A stretch of 63,964 nt of DNA, filler included, from Sandaracinaceae bacterium (GTDB lineage: Bacteria; Myxococcota_A; Polyangia; Polyangiales; JADJQN01): the NCBI GenBank assembly GCA_947483975.1. It is 10 parts of 10 records of this genome, joined end to end, with 100 filler letters (N's around TTAATTAATTAA, not from the genome) between each part and the next. Parts side by side here need not be neighbours in the genome. Positions count along the whole stretch, not along the records: positions 1 to 6,687 come from CANKOL010000294.1; positions 6,788 to 13,469 come from CANKOL010000295.1; 8 more parts are not named here. The stretch is one strand, 5' to 3'. Both the position numbers and the translations under genes were made by a program. Below are positions 1 to 10,732 of this stretch, piece after piece. The notes beneath the pieces are model-generated. The model was not told the DNA's origin and searched no databases. It worked only from the letters and a program-made list of their open reading frames with translations. Every line of letters starts with the position of its first letter. Position 1 is the first letter of the stretch.

Positions 1-2
1 GC

Positions 3-221
3 ACCGCGGCGCGCGAGGCGCTGTCGCTCGACGCGCACGACCCAGCGCCCGCGCTCGTGCTCGCGGCGGCGCTGCTCGCGACGAGTCAGCCGACGCAGGC
101 AGCCGAGGCGTACCGCGAGGCCCTGCGCCGTCACCCCGACGACGTGCGCGCGACAGAAGGGCTGCGCGCGCTCGATCCGTCGCCGCTCGGGGCGGGTCCC
201 GACGCTGGCGTCAGCCCCTAA
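3..221 (+). CDS. Partial (5'-truncated) TPR-repeat protein C-terminus
   Basis: Frame 3 reads ...AREALSLDAHDPAPALVLAAALLATSQPTQAAEAYREALRRHPDDVRATEGL..., a TPR-like pattern; TAA at 219-221. Confidence 0.6.
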   Translation, partial: TAAREALSLDAHDPAPALVLAAALLATSQPTQAAEAYREALRRHPDDVRATEGLRALDPSPLGAGPDAGVSP

Positions 222-246
222 CGGGCCGCGAAACGAAGGCCGGGCT

Positions 247-1299
247 ATGCTCCGGACGATGTCCATCGCCACGCGCATCGTGTTTCTCGCGCTGCTCACG
301 ACGGCGCTGACCTCGCTCGCCGCGGGGCGCGCCGCCGCGCAGGAGACCGAGTACGACCCGCAAGGGCACCGTCTGCCGCCGACCGCGATCCCCGATGGCT
401 ACGCCCTCCCCGATGCAGGGGCGCCAGCAGCGGCTGCGCCCACGACGGACAGCGCAGCCGCGGCGCAGGGCACCCCGACGGTCGGCGCGACCGGCGCCGT
501 CCAGGCCGTCCCGCCTCCCCCCGCGCCCGACGCGCCCGCGCCCGGCCCCTATCGCCTCGCTGACGACGCGACTCCGCACTATCCACAAGCCGCCGCCACC
601 GACCCCGACGGCGACTCCACCGACGCTGGCGTGCGCATCCCGGCGCGCATCGCAGCGCGCCTGCGCGTGCTCGACCGTGACTACACGGCGCTCTCCGTCG
701 GCGGCTCGAGCGGCGTCGTGGACGGCATCCTCTCCATCGTGACCGGCGCGCTCTCGATCGTGCTCGGCGCCGTCCTCCCCGACACCGCCAACAGCTTCGC
801 GACGTACTTCTACGTGTTCGGCGTCGGCAACATCGCGCACGGGATCGTCAACCTGTTCATCACGCCGGACCCGACGGATCCGGCCCTCATCTTCGCGCAT
901 ATGCCGATGGGCGACGTCGACGAGGTCAAAGCGCGCCTGCGCTTCGGCGAAGACGCCCTCGAGACCCTCGCGGACCGCTCCCGCCTCAGTCGCATCCTCG
1001 AGGGCTCGCTCGACATCGCGACCGGAGTCGCGTTCATCCCGTTCTATCTTGGGCCGCGCGATTATGCCTTCTCGGGGGACTACCTCGACATCGTCGTCAT
1101 GACCGCCGCGCTCATCCGCGTCATCAGCGGAGTCGCGACGCTCGTCGTGCGCAGCGACGCCGAGCGACGCTGGGACGCCTACGGCGCGCTCCGCGAAGAG
1201 CTTCGCCTTCAGCGACAGCGGCAACGGCGCGTGCAAGCGAGCGTCGGCGCAGCACCGCTGCCCGGCGGCGGCGCGGTCACGTTGAGCGGCACTTTCTGA
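247..1299 (+). CDS. Hypothetical exported/membrane protein
   Basis: Signal peptide, Pro/Ala-rich linker, several hydrophobic helices and a myxobacterial-type C-terminus (VGAAPLPGGGAVTLSGTF). Confidence 0.7.
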   Translation: MLRTMSIATRIVFLALLTTALTSLAAGRAAAQETEYDPQGHRLPPTAIPDGYALPDAGAPAAAAPTTDSAAAAQGTPTVGATGAVQAVPPPPAPDAPAPGPYRLADDATPHYPQAAATDPDGDSTDAGVRIPARIAARLRVLDRDYTALSVGGSSGVVDGILSIVTGALSIVLGAVLPDTANSFATYFYVFGVGNIAHGIVNLFITPDPTDPALIFAHMPMGDVDEVKARLRFGEDALETLADRSRLSRILEGSLDIATGVAFIPFYLGPRDYAFSGDYLDIVVMTAALIRVISGVATLVVRSDAERRWDAYGALREELRLQRQRQRRVQASVGAAPLPGGGAVTLSGTF

Positions 1300-1328
1300 G
1301 CGAGCGGATTCTGCTAACATCCGCGGTC

Positions 1329-3206
1329 ATGGCGCGCATCAGCTACCCGCTCTTCTTCGCACTTACGGCTTCCGTCGGTCTGCTCGCGGTCGCGCTCCCC
1401 TCGAGCGTGCAAGCGCAGACGACCAACCTCAACAGCGAGGGCGGGATGCTGTTCGACATCCAGAGCTCCTACGATGGCTCGCTGAGCGACGGCGCCGGCG
1501 ACGCCTACGACGGCTGCTACGGGCTGACGATCGACGGGACGTCCTACAACGCCTCCGGCGCGATGGGGAGCTTCACGACGAGCCTGGCGGGGCGGCAGGT
1601 CGACATGCCCGTCGCCGCGATGGGCGCGGGCGGGACCCTCGGCGTACAGCGCTTCATCTACGTCCCCGAGACCGGCGGTGACTACGCGCGCTTCCTCGAC
1701 GTCGTGACGAACAACGGCGCGGCGTCCGTGACGATCCGGATGGCGATGACCTGCAACCTCGGCAGCGACGGCTCCGAGACGATCTTCTCGACGGGCAGCG
1801 GCGACACCCTCTGCACGACGGACGACGCGTACTGCAACTCTGACGACGTCGATCCGGGCGGCGATCCCGCGCTCGGCCACGTCTTTCAGGGGACCACGCC
1901 GCCGACCCGCGTCGGCGCGGTCGCGCTCGGCAGCGGCGTGATGGATTGGTCGTTCAACGTGACCATTCCGCCGGGCGGGCGCGCCGCGATGCTCTCCTTC
2001 GCGATCCAGAAGCGCGCTCATATGCCGGTCACGGACGAGGCGACCTTGCTCTCCGAGCCGAACGACGCCGCGCTCGTCGGGCTCGACGCTTACCTCGACG
2101 AGATCTTCAATTTCTCCATCGCGACGGCTGGCGCGCCGCGCGTCCGCTTCGAGGCTCCGTTCACCGCCGACGAGGGTGCCGAGATCACGATCAACGCCGT
2201 CGTCGAGGACCTCGAGCACGACCCGACGACCTGGACCTGGGACCTCAACGGCGACGGCACCTTCGGCGACACCCCCGGCGCGACGAGCTACGTGGTGCCC
2301 GCCGGCACGACCGACGGCCCCACCTCGACGGTGCGCGTCGGCATCGAGGCGTCCGACGGGACGAACGTCGTGCAGCGGTACCGCTCCATCGGCATCAACA
2401 ACCTGCCGCCTGTCATCACGTCCGCGCTGCCGTCGGCCGTGACCGGTGTCGGCGCAAACTACGTCTACCAGGTCGTCGCGACCGACCCCGCGGGCGCCGC
2501 GGACCCGCTGACCTACGCGATGGTCGCAGGCCCGACCGACATGGCCATCGGCCCGACGGGGCTGCTGCAGTGGACGCCGGACGCTTCCGACGTGACCCGC
2601 GCGGACGCGCCGATCCGCGTCGAGATCGCGGTGAACGACGGGGATGAGGGCATCGCCACGCAGCGCTGGGAGCTTCAGGTGTCGCCGAACCGCACGCCGT
2701 CGATGCCGACTCCCGTGTATCCGGTCGGCGACGTGGGCATCCTCGACACGATGCCGCGCCTCGTCGCGAACAACGCGAGCGACCCCGACTTCGATCCGCT
2801 CACCTACTCGTTCGACATCGACACGGTGATGACGTTCGACTCCCCGGCGCTTCAGCACATCGACCATGTGACGCAGACGCCGGGCTACTCGTTCTGGTAC
2901 GTGACCACGCCCCTCGCGCCCGGACGCTGGTACTGGCGCGTGAGCGCGAACGACGGCACCTCGCAGAGCGAGCCGCAGACGGCGACGTTCTTCCGCGTCC
3001 CCGAGGCGACGGACCCAATCGACATGGGCGCCCCCGACGGCGGCCCCTCCACGACCGACGGAGGCACCGTGACGCCGCCCGCCCCGAAGAGCACCGGCGG
3101 CTGCAGCGTCGGCCTGAATGGCGGCGCGCGATCGACGGGCGGCTGGGCGCTCTCGCTGATGGGCCTCGCGGCGCTGCTCATGGGCGCCCGTCGCCGTCGG
3201 CGCTAG
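1329..3206 (+). CDS. Cell-surface protein with PKD/Ig-like domains and MYXO-CTERM anchor
   Basis: Signal peptide; WTWDLNGDGTFGD (PKD-like); YQVVATDP...TGLLQWTP (He_PIG-like); GRWYWRV (FN3-like); C-terminal GGCSVG-TM-RRRRR. Confidence 0.8.
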   Translation: MARISYPLFFALTASVGLLAVALPSSVQAQTTNLNSEGGMLFDIQSSYDGSLSDGAGDAYDGCYGLTIDGTSYNASGAMGSFTTSLAGRQVDMPVAAMGAGGTLGVQRFIYVPETGGDYARFLDVVTNNGAASVTIRMAMTCNLGSDGSETIFSTGSGDTLCTTDDAYCNSDDVDPGGDPALGHVFQGTTPPTRVGAVALGSGVMDWSFNVTIPPGGRAAMLSFAIQKRAHMPVTDEATLLSEPNDAALVGLDAYLDEIFNFSIATAGAPRVRFEAPFTADEGAEITINAVVEDLEHDPTTWTWDLNGDGTFGDTPGATSYVVPAGTTDGPTSTVRVGIEASDGTNVVQRYRSIGINNLPPVITSALPSAVTGVGANYVYQVVATDPAGAADPLTYAMVAGPTDMAIGPTGLLQWTPDASDVTRADAPIRVEIAVNDGDEGIATQRWELQVSPNRTPSMPTPVYPVGDVGILDTMPRLVANNASDPDFDPLTYSFDIDTVMTFDSPALQHIDHVTQTPGYSFWYVTTPLAPGRWYWRVSANDGTSQSEPQTATFFRVPEATDPIDMGAPDGGPSTTDGGTVTPPAPKSTGGCSVGLNGGARSTGGWALSLMGLAALLMGARRRRR

Positions 3207-3698
3207 ATGGTCTCACCGCTCCGCCTCTCGGCAGACGGCGCACCGATGCTCGAGTTGGTGACCTTCCAGGTGCACCAGCTCGTTTTCGGAGCGCCGATCG
3301 CGGAGGTCCGAGAGACCATCGCGCTTCGACCGATCACGCAGCTCTTTCACGTGCCGCGCTGCCTCGCCGGGATTGCGAACCTGCGCGGCGAGATCCTCGC
3401 CGTGCTCGACGTCGCCGCGCTGCTCGGCCTCGAGCCGACGCACCGCAGCGCGGACTCGCGCATCGTGATCGTCGAACACGCAGGGCGCGCCGCCGGGCTC
3501 ATCGTCGACCGGCTCGACGCCATCGTCAGCGTCCCGAAGAGCGGCGTCGCCGAGGTGCCGCCGACGCTCTCCGCCGAGGTCGCGCGGCTGCTGTCCGGGG
3601 TCGTCTCGCTGCCGGAGCGCTCGATCGCCGTGCTCGACACCGCCCGCCTTTTTGCGTCGCCCGAGCTCGCGCCGTTCACGCTCAGCCAGTTGGGCTGA
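3207..3698 (+). CDS. cheW: Chemotaxis adaptor CheW
   Basis: VPRCLAGIANLRGEILAVLDV, IVIVE..AGLIVD motifs; the start may be the second Met. Confidence 0.92.
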   Translation: MVSPLRLSADGAPMLELVTFQVHQLVFGAPIAEVRETIALRPITQLFHVPRCLAGIANLRGEILAVLDVAALLGLEPTHRSADSRIVIVEHAGRAAGLIVDRLDAIVSVPKSGVAEVPPTLSAEVARLLSGVVSLPERSIAVLDTARLFASPELAPFTLSQLG

Positions 3699-3752
3699 GC
3701 AAGAGTTCGGCCTTGCGCGCGGCGGCGTTCCCTCCGACCATGGCCCTCGACT

Positions 3753-5720
3753 ATGGCCAACCTCTTCACTGGTCTGCGCGCGAAGATCGTCGCGACGATC
3801 TTCGGCGTCGCCGTCGCCGTGGTGCTCGCCTCCGGCTACCAGAGCCTCAACGCGGACGCGCCCATCAAGCGCAACGTCGCAGAGCTTCAGTACGTCCGCT
3901 TCGACGCCAACCGCAAGAGCGCCGGCGTGGCCTTCGATGTCGCCGTCGCGTTCATCGCGAGTGACGCGGCGCTCGTCAGCGCGCTCTCGGGCAGTGACCG
4001 CACGGCCACCGGCGCTGAGGCCGCCCGCGCAGGGCGAGCGCTCGATCGAACCCTCTCCCCGGGGCTGATCGCCATCGTCGATGCCTCGGGCGCGTTCGTG
4101 CCGATCCCTGGGCACGACGTGCCGATGACCGCCTCGCAGGCCTCGTCCTCACGCCTGCTGCTCGATCTGCGCGGCGGGCTCGCGGTGAATTCCGCGCTCG
4201 TGCGGATGGGACGCAGGGTCTGGCAGGTCTCGGGCGCGCCGGTCCTCGACGCCTCCGGGCGAGCCGTCGGTGCCGTGCTCGCGGGCGCGGACGTCCGCGC
4301 CTCGATGGAGGAATACCGGGAATTGTCGGACGCGAGCGCGGATCGGCAGACGCGCCTGACGCTTCTCGACCCGCGCGGCGACACCCTGACGAGCACGTTT
4401 CCACCGGGCGAGTGGGACGCGATCGAGAAGGCGTCGCGCCGCGAGGTGTGGCGCAAGGACGAACAGCGCGGGCGCGACGTGACCGAGTACGACGGGCAGG
4501 ATTGGGACATCGCCCTCGTCGCGGTCGATGGCTACGACGGCGGCAACAGCGGGTCGATCGGGTCGTTCGTGACGCTGCGGCAGCGCGCCTCGGAGGACCG
4601 CGACAAAGCGCAGAAAGAGTCGCGCATCCTGATGCTCGGCGGCATCGCGCTCGTGCTCGCGCTCGGCATCGGCACGCTGCTCGCCATCGCCGTGACGCGC
4701 CCGCTCGGGCGCGCGATCCGCGCGACGGACGACCTCGCGCAGGGCCAAGGCGACCTGACCAAGCGGCTCGACGCGCGCTCGAACGACGAGCTCGGGCGGC
4801 TCGCCAAGAACCTCAACGCCGTGTTCGGGCACATCCACGAGCTCGCGCAGAAGGTGCAGCGCGCGGCCTTCCAGGTGGGCGCATCGAGCGCCGAGATCAG
4901 CGCGGCGAGCAAGCAGATGCTCGAGGGCGCGCGCGAGCAGGCGCGCAAGACGGAGAGCTCGACCGCGGCCGTCACCGAGCTGAGCGCGTCCATTCAGCAG
5001 GTCGCGCACAACGCGATGGAGGCGACGCGCATGGCGCGCTCGTCGGGCGAGGCGGTCGGGCGCGCGATCGAGAGCATGGGCCAGATCCGCTCGACCGTGG
5101 ACAGCGCCGCGCAGCGCATCCAGGAGCTCGGCGAGAGCGGCAAGCGCATCGGCAACATCGTCGAGGTCATCCGGCAGATCAGCGATCAGACGACGCTGCT
5201 CGCGCTCAACGCCGCCATCGAGGCAGCGCACGCGGGCGAGCAAGGGCGCGGCTTTGCGGTCGTCGCCGACGAGGTCAGCTCGCTCGCGAAGCGCGTCGGT
5301 CAGAGCGCCCGCGACATCGAGGACCTGATCGCCACGATCAAGGAGCAGACGGTCGAGGCCGTCGCCGCGATGAGCGAGGGCACGCGCGAGGTGGAGGTCG
5401 GCACCAAGCTCGTCACGACGACGCTCGCGGACCTCCAGAAGCTCGTCCACGTCGTCGCCGAGACGGCCAACTCCGTGCAGGAGCAGGCGGTCGCGAGCGA
5501 CGAGATCGCGCGCAACATGGACATCGTGCAGCGCATCGCGCAGGACGTCCTCGGCGCGAGCGAGGAGGCCGTCGCGCAGGGCGAGCACCTGCACCAGCTC
5601 GCGCATGGGCTCGAGGAGAGCGTGAAGGGCTTCCGCACTTCGGGCGTCTCCGAGGTCGGGGCGAACGGCCGGTCGATCCCTGAGCTGCCCTCGGACCTCC
5701 CGCGGCACGGTTCGAAGTAG
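3753..5720 (+). CDS. Methyl-accepting chemotaxis protein (TM-sensor-TM-HAMP-signalling)
   Basis: [20 protein letters not shown] motif; [30 protein letters not shown] hairpin tip. Confidence 0.95.
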   Translation: MANLFTGLRAKIVATIFGVAVAVVLASGYQSLNADAPIKRNVAELQYVRFDANRKSAGVAFDVAVAFIASDAALVSALSGSDRTATGAEAARAGRALDRTLSPGLIAIVDASGAFVPIPGHDVPMTASQASSSRLLLDLRGGLAVNSALVRMGRRVWQVSGAPVLDASGRAVGAVLAGADVRASMEEYRELSDASADRQTRLTLLDPRGDTLTSTFPPGEWDAIEKASRREVWRKDEQRGRDVTEYDGQDWDIALVAVDGYDGGNSGSIGSFVTLRQRASEDRDKAQKESRILMLGGIALVLALGIGTLLAIAVTRPLGRAIRATDDLAQGQGDLTKRLDARSNDELGRLAKNLNAVFGHIHELAQKVQRAAFQVGASSAEISAASKQMLEGAREQARKTESSTAAVTELSASIQQVAHNAMEATRMARSSGEAVGRAIESMGQIRSTVDSAAQRIQELGESGKRIGNIVEVIRQISDQTTLLALNAAIEAAHAGEQGRGFAVVADEVSSLAKRVGQSARDIEDLIATIKEQTVEAVAAMSEGTREVEVGTKLVTTTLADLQKLVHVVAETANSVQEQAVASDEIARNMDIVQRIAQDVLGASEEAVAQGEHLHQLAHGLEESVKGFRTSGVSEVGANGRSIPELPSDLPRHGSK

Positions 5721-5728
5721 CCGCCCCG

Positions 5729-6687
5729 ATGGACGGCCCAGGCCTCGCCGAAGACCTCTTCCTGCGGCTGGCCGCGCGCATCGCCGAGGTCTCTGGGATC
5801 CGACTCCCGCTGAGCAAGAGCTGGCTGCTCGCGGCGCGCGTCGCGGAGCGTCAGCGCGTCACCGGGCATCGAGACGCGCGCGCCTACGTGCGTGCGGTGG
5901 TCGACGAGAAGGACGTCGAGGAGCTCGGCAAGCTGGTCGAGGCGGTGCGCGTCGGCGAGTCGCACTTCTTCCGCCATCAGGGGCAGCTGCGCGCGATCCG
6001 ACGGGTCGCGCTGCCGCAGATCGCTGCGCGCCGGGAGCGGGAGGGCGCGCTCGGAGTGCGCGCGTGGAGCGCTGGCTGCGCGAGCGGCGAAGAGGCCTAC
6101 ACGCTGGCGATGGTCCTCGAGGACGCGCTGCCGCGCGAGAGCGGCTGGCAGCACGAGGTGCTCGCGACCGACCTCAGCGAGGCGGCGCTCGCGCAGGCGC
6201 GCGAAGGTCGCTACGCGCAGAGCAGCGTGCGTGAGGTGCCGCCCGACATCGCCCGCTGGGCCCTCGTCGCGGACGGCGACGAAGTGCGCGTGACGCCGCG
6301 CGCGCGGGCTGGCGTGCGCTTCGAACGACGCAACTTGCTCGATGCCACCTATCCGCGCGGCTTCGATCTCGTGCTGTGTCGCAACGTGCTGATCTACTTC
6401 GATCGACCGACGCAGGACGAGGTCGTGCGTCGGCTGATTCGCTCGGTGGTTCCGGGGGGCTACCTCGCGCTCGGCTACACGGAGCATGTGCGCGAGTCGG
6501 AGGCGGGTGATTTGCTGCCGATCCGCGCCGACGACGGAGTGCTCTACCTGCGCTCCGAGCCGAGCGCGCCGCCGACCCCCGCCCTGCTCGCAGAGGCGCG
6601 CGCCACCGCGAAGCGCGGCACCGATCGACCCATTCCGGTGCCACACACGAGCCCCGCGGCGGCGAGCGCGAGCGCCTCTGCGCGCCC
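5729..6687 (+). CDS. cheR: Chemotaxis methyltransferase CheR (3'-truncated by contig end)
   Basis: ESHFFRH, VRAWSAGCASGEEAYTLAM, ATDLS, FDLVLCRNVLIYFD, GGYLALG. Confidence 0.93.
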
Positions 6688-6787
6688 NNNNNNNNNNNNN
6701 NNNNNNNNNNNNNNNNNNNNNNNNNNNNNNNTTAATTAATTAANNNNNNNNNNNNNNNNNNNNNNNNNNNNNNNNNNNNNNNNNNNN
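6688..6787. other. Artificial contig linker (N44-TTAATTAATTAA-N44)
   Basis: Identical 100-bp linkers recur at 13470-13569, 20239-20338, 26991-27090, 33690-33789, 40379-40478, 47059-47158, 53506-53605 and 59881-59980. Confidence 0.99.
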
Positions 6788-6883
6788 CCGCCCGCCCGCG
6801 GCACCCCCCCCCGCCCGCGGCAAACCCGCCCCGCCCGCGGCAAACCCGGCCGCCTGGCCGATTCTTTGCATCGCCGGGTGCCC

Positions 6884-7312
6884 ATGACCCTCCGCAAGTG
6901 GCTCGGCTCCGCCCTCCGCATCGGCCGCAGCGTCCTGGTCGGCGGCGCGGCGACGCTCCTCGACCTCGGCGTCCTCGCGCTCCTCGTCGAGGTCGCGCAC
7001 CTCCCGGCGACGGTCGCCAACGTGCCGGCGCTCCTCGTCGGCGCGCTGGTGCAGTTCCTCGGCTGCCGATACTTCGTCTTCCCCGCGCCGGGCACCGACC
7101 TGCGAAAGCAGGCGGGCGGCTTCGCGGCGGTCGAGGTCGCGACGCTCGCGCTCAACGGGCTCGCCTTCCACGTCCTCGTCGCCGGGCTGCGCGTCCCGTA
7201 CGCCTTCGCGCGCCCGCTCGGGACGTTCCTCGTGTTCATCGCCTTCAGCTACCCGCTCTGGCGCTTGGTCTTCGGCGCGGCTCGCCCCGCCGACGGCGCC
7301 TCCCGCCTTTGA
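6884..7312 (+). CDS. GtrA-family small membrane protein
   Basis: VLVGGAATLLDLGVL...AN...RYFVF pattern, about four TM helices, C-terminal LVF. Confidence 0.8.
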   Translation: MTLRKWLGSALRIGRSVLVGGAATLLDLGVLALLVEVAHLPATVANVPALLVGALVQFLGCRYFVFPAPGTDLRKQAGGFAAVEVATLALNGLAFHVLVAGLRVPYAFARPLGTFLVFIAFSYPLWRLVFGAARPADGASRL

Positions 7313-7343
7313 CAAAAAAAGGGCCTTCCGGCAGCCTCGGCCC

Positions 7344-10016
7344 TTGCCTGAACCTCGGCAGAGCACTGGCCCTGTCCGCTGCGTCGTGACCGACGGCGGC
7401 GGCATCACGTCGGCCGACGAGAGCATCGCTGGGCTGACGGGCTACCCCGCCGCCGACTTCCTCAGCGGCGCGGTCACGCTCGCGGCGCTCTTTCACCGGG
7501 ACGACGCGGACGTCGCGCAGGCGCTGTTCCGGTCGCCCGCGAGCGTCCTGCCCGCGCAGACCAACTTCCGGCTCCGGCACCGCAGCGGCAAGATCGTGTG
7601 CGTCCGTTGCACCCGCGCGGAGTGGCAGCGCGTCGCGCCGGACGGCCTGACGCTCGCGCTCGAGCTTCAAGCGGCGACCTCCCTGCGCGCCGAGGTCCAA
7701 GACGCCGCCGTCCTCGCGAACTTCACCGCGATGATGGAGAACACCGACGACTACATCTACTTCAAGGACCGGAACCACGTCTTCACGGGCGCGAGCCAGA
7801 CGCTCGTCAGCATCACGGACCCGTCCGAGCACTGGACCGATCTGATCGGCAAGACGGACTACGACGTCTTCCCCGAGGAGTACGCCGACCAGTACTACAG
7901 CCTGGAGAAGAGCGTCTTCTCAGGCGAGGTCGCCGTCGCGCACGAGATCCAGCCGACGCTCGACAACCAAGGCCGTCGCGGCTGGGTGGACAACAAGAAG
8001 TACCCGATCAAGGACGCCGCCGGGAACATCGTCGGGCTCTTCGGCATCGCGCGGGACATCACCGCGACGAAGGCGGCGGAGGACGCGCGGCGCGAGGCGC
8101 TCGACCGCCTGCAGAAGCTCTCGGCGATGGTGCCGGGGATGGTCTACCAGTTCGTGCGCGGCCCCGACGGGAGCATGAGCTTCCCGTACGTCAGCGACGC
8201 CGTCTTCGAGCTGTGCGGCGTCACGCCGGAAGACGCGATGGCGGACTCGCGCGCGATCTTCTCGACGGTCCATCCGGACGACCTCCCCGCGGTGCTGGCG
8301 CAGGTCGAGACGTCGGCGCGCGACCTGACGCCGTGGACGAGCGAGTTCCGGATTCGCCTGCCGGACGGCACGGTCCGCTGGATGTTCGGCAAGGCCAACC
8401 CGGAGCGCGAAGCCGACGGCTCGGTGCGCTGGCACGGCTTCATCGGCGACATCACCGACGCCGCTGAGCGCAAGCGCACCGAGGCCGACCTCGCCGTCGC
8501 CGCGATCGCGTTCGACTCGAGCGACGGGATGCTCGTCACCGACCCGAACTTCCTCACCTTGAAGGTCAACCGGGCCTTCACGCAGATCACGGGCTACGGC
8601 GCCGACGAGGTCATCGGCAAGCACCCCCGCCTGATGCGCTCCGGGCAGCATGAGCCCGCGTTCTACGCAGCGCTCTGGGACTCCGTGAAGCAGACGGGCT
8701 CCTGGCAGGGCGAGATGTGGAACCTGCGCAAGGACGGCGCGGTCTACCCGTCGTGGCTCACCGTCACCGCGGTCACCAACGGCGCGGGCCAGACCACGCA
8801 CTACGTCGGCGCGTTCACGGACGTCACCGAGCGCAAGCGCCTCGAGGCGATGCTGCAGCACTCGCAGCGGCTCGAGGCGGTCGGACAGCTCGCCGGGGGC
8901 GTCGCCCACGACTTCAACAACCTGCTGGTCGTGATCCTCTCGTACTGCGAGCTCGCCCTCGAGTCGCTGCCCGCCGGCGACCGCATCCGCGAAGACCTCC
9001 GCGAGATCCAGCGCGCGGGCGAGAGCGCGAAGTCGCTGACGCAGCAGCTGCTCGCGTTCAGCCGGAAGCAGCTCCTCGAGCCGCGCACCTTCGAGCTGAA
9101 CCGCGCCGTCGCCGCGGCGGAGAAGATGCTGCGGCGGCTGCTGGGCGAGAACATCCAGGTCGTCACCGACCTCGCGCCGCACCTCGGCTTCGTCCGGGCC
9201 GATCCCGGGCAGCTCGATCAGGTCCTGATGAACCTCGCGATCAACGCGCAGGACGCGATGCCCGATGGCGGGAAGCTGACCCTGTCGACCGCCAACGTCG
9301 TCCTCGACGCGGCAGCTCTCCTGGAGAGCGACGGCGGCCTCGCCCCAGGCCCCTTCGTGGAGCTGACGGTCTCCGACACGGGCACCGGCATGGACGCCGC
9401 GACGCTCGCGCGCGTCTTCGAGCCGTTCTTCACGACGAAAGAGCTCGGCCGCGGCACGGGCCTCGGGCTCTCGATGGTCTACGGCATCGTGCGGCAGAGC
9501 GGCGGCACGGTGCGCGTGTCGAGCGAGCTCGGTCGGGGCTCGACGTTCAAGGTCTATCTTCCGACGCTCCCGGCCGAGATCGCGGGCGCGCTCGACAAAG
9601 GGGTCGGCGAGACCCCGACGCCGGAGTCGGGCGCGGTCCACACGGAGACGATCCTCCTCGCCGAGGACACCAGCGCCGTCCGACGGCTGGTGCAGCGCAT
9701 CCTCGAAGAGGAGGGCTACGTCGTGCTGGCCGCGGCGAGCGGCGCGGACGCGCTGGCCCTCGCGTCGAACCACCCCGGCGAGATCCACCTGCTGCTGACC
9801 GACGTCGCGATGCCCGGCATGAGCGGCCCCGTCCTCGCGACGCGCCTGCTCGCGATGCGGCCGGGCATCAAGATCCTCTACGTCTCAGGCCACACGGGCG
9901 ACGCGCTCGGGCGGCACGGAGTGATCGACGAGGCGACGCAGTTCCTGAGCAAGCCGTTCACCGCGGCAGCGCTGGTCGAGCGCGTCCAGACGCTGTTGAA
10001 GCCTGTGAGCGCGTAG
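7344..10016 (+). CDS. Multi-PAS hybrid sensor histidine kinase with C-terminal receiver (CckA-like core)
   Basis: Several PAS/PAC repeats; GGVAHDFNNLL H-box; NLAINAQDAM; DTGTGM; FEPFFTTKELGRGTGLGL; receiver LLLTDVAMP...FLSKPF. The TTG start is uncertain. Confidence 0.92.
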   Translation: MPEPRQSTGPVRCVVTDGGGITSADESIAGLTGYPAADFLSGAVTLAALFHRDDADVAQALFRSPASVLPAQTNFRLRHRSGKIVCVRCTRAEWQRVAPDGLTLALELQAATSLRAEVQDAAVLANFTAMMENTDDYIYFKDRNHVFTGASQTLVSITDPSEHWTDLIGKTDYDVFPEEYADQYYSLEKSVFSGEVAVAHEIQPTLDNQGRRGWVDNKKYPIKDAAGNIVGLFGIARDITATKAAEDARREALDRLQKLSAMVPGMVYQFVRGPDGSMSFPYVSDAVFELCGVTPEDAMADSRAIFSTVHPDDLPAVLAQVETSARDLTPWTSEFRIRLPDGTVRWMFGKANPEREADGSVRWHGFIGDITDAAERKRTEADLAVAAIAFDSSDGMLVTDPNFLTLKVNRAFTQITGYGADEVIGKHPRLMRSGQHEPAFYAALWDSVKQTGSWQGEMWNLRKDGAVYPSWLTVTAVTNGAGQTTHYVGAFTDVTERKRLEAMLQHSQRLEAVGQLAGGVAHDFNNLLVVILSYCELALESLPAGDRIREDLREIQRAGESAKSLTQQLLAFSRKQLLEPRTFELNRAVAAAEKMLRRLLGENIQVVTDLAPHLGFVRADPGQLDQVLMNLAINAQDAMPDGGKLTLSTANVVLDAAALLESDGGLAPGPFVELTVSDTGTGMDAATLARVFEPFFTTKELGRGTGLGLSMVYGIVRQSGGTVRVSSELGRGSTFKVYLPTLPAEIAGALDKGVGETPTPESGAVHTETILLAEDTSAVRRLVQRILEEEGYVVLAAASGADALALASNHPGEIHLLLTDVAMPGMSGPVLATRLLAMRPGIKILYVSGHTGDALGRHGVIDEATQFLSKPFTAAALVERVQTLLKPVSA

Positions 10017-10661
10017 TCACTCAAGCAGCGAAGGCACGAGCGCGCGAAGCTGTCGGTCATGCCAGCGAGCGAGCGTGAGCTGCGCCGTGAGCGCGCCGAG
10101 CAGCGCGCAGAACATATCCCACTGCGTGTCCCATGGGTCGCCCTGAGTGCCGAGGAACGCCTCCGCCGCCTCACCCGTCGAGAGCGCCGTCCACCACTCG
10201 ATGAGCTCGTAGCAGGCGCTGAACGCGAGGCAGACGCTCGTCACACAGAGGAACAGCCAGCCCCCGCGGCGCAGCGGGCTGCTCCGCAAGAAGATCTCGC
10301 GCGCGAGGAGCGCCGGCACGAAGCCCTGCATCAGGTGCCCGAGCCGGTCGTAGGGGTTGCGCGTCAGGTGCAGCGCGTCCCGCACCCAGAAGCCCGCCGG
10401 CACCTCCGCGTACGTCCAGTGCCCGCCGACGCAGAGCACCGCGGCGTGCAGCGCGAGGAGCGTCGAGAGCAGCAACGTCAGCGGATACGCGCGGTGCCGC
10501 GCGAGCACGAGCGCCACGCCGACGAACACCGGGACCACCTCGAGCACCCAGGTAAACGGGTCCTTCGCCCCGACGCCCGACCACACGAGCACCAGCCCGA
10601 CGAAGGCGAGCAACGCATAGCGGGCGCGCGTATCGAACGGGGTCAGCGACGTCGGGCTCAT
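10017..10661 (-). CDS. DUF2238/YjdF-like inner membrane protein
   Basis: GGHWTYAEVP, RNPYDRLGHLMQG, YELIEWW, FLGTQGDPWDTQWDM. Confidence 0.9.
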   Translation of the reverse strand: MSPTSLTPFDTRARYALLAFVGLVLVWSGVGAKDPFTWVLEVVPVFVGVALVLARHRAYPLTLLLSTLLALHAAVLCVGGHWTYAEVPAGFWVRDALHLTRNPYDRLGHLMQGFVPALLAREIFLRSSPLRRGGWLFLCVTSVCLAFSACYELIEWWTALSTGEAAEAFLGTQGDPWDTQWDMFCALLGALTAQLTLARWHDRQLRALVPSLLE

Positions 10662-10732
10662 CGCGCGACGGTCGCAGAGCCGCGGGAGCCTCGCAAGAAG
10701 CCGTCACCTCGGACCTCGCTTATGCTCCGCGC

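Noticed and set aside
6688..6787. Recurring TTAATTAATTAA palindrome within N runs
   Set aside because: Artificial all-frame-stop contig linker; gene adjacency across it is not biological.
6788..6850. About 20-bp repeats CCGCCCGCGGCA(AA)CCC
   Set aside because: Low-complexity sequence at a contig edge with irregular period; probably poor-quality end sequence.
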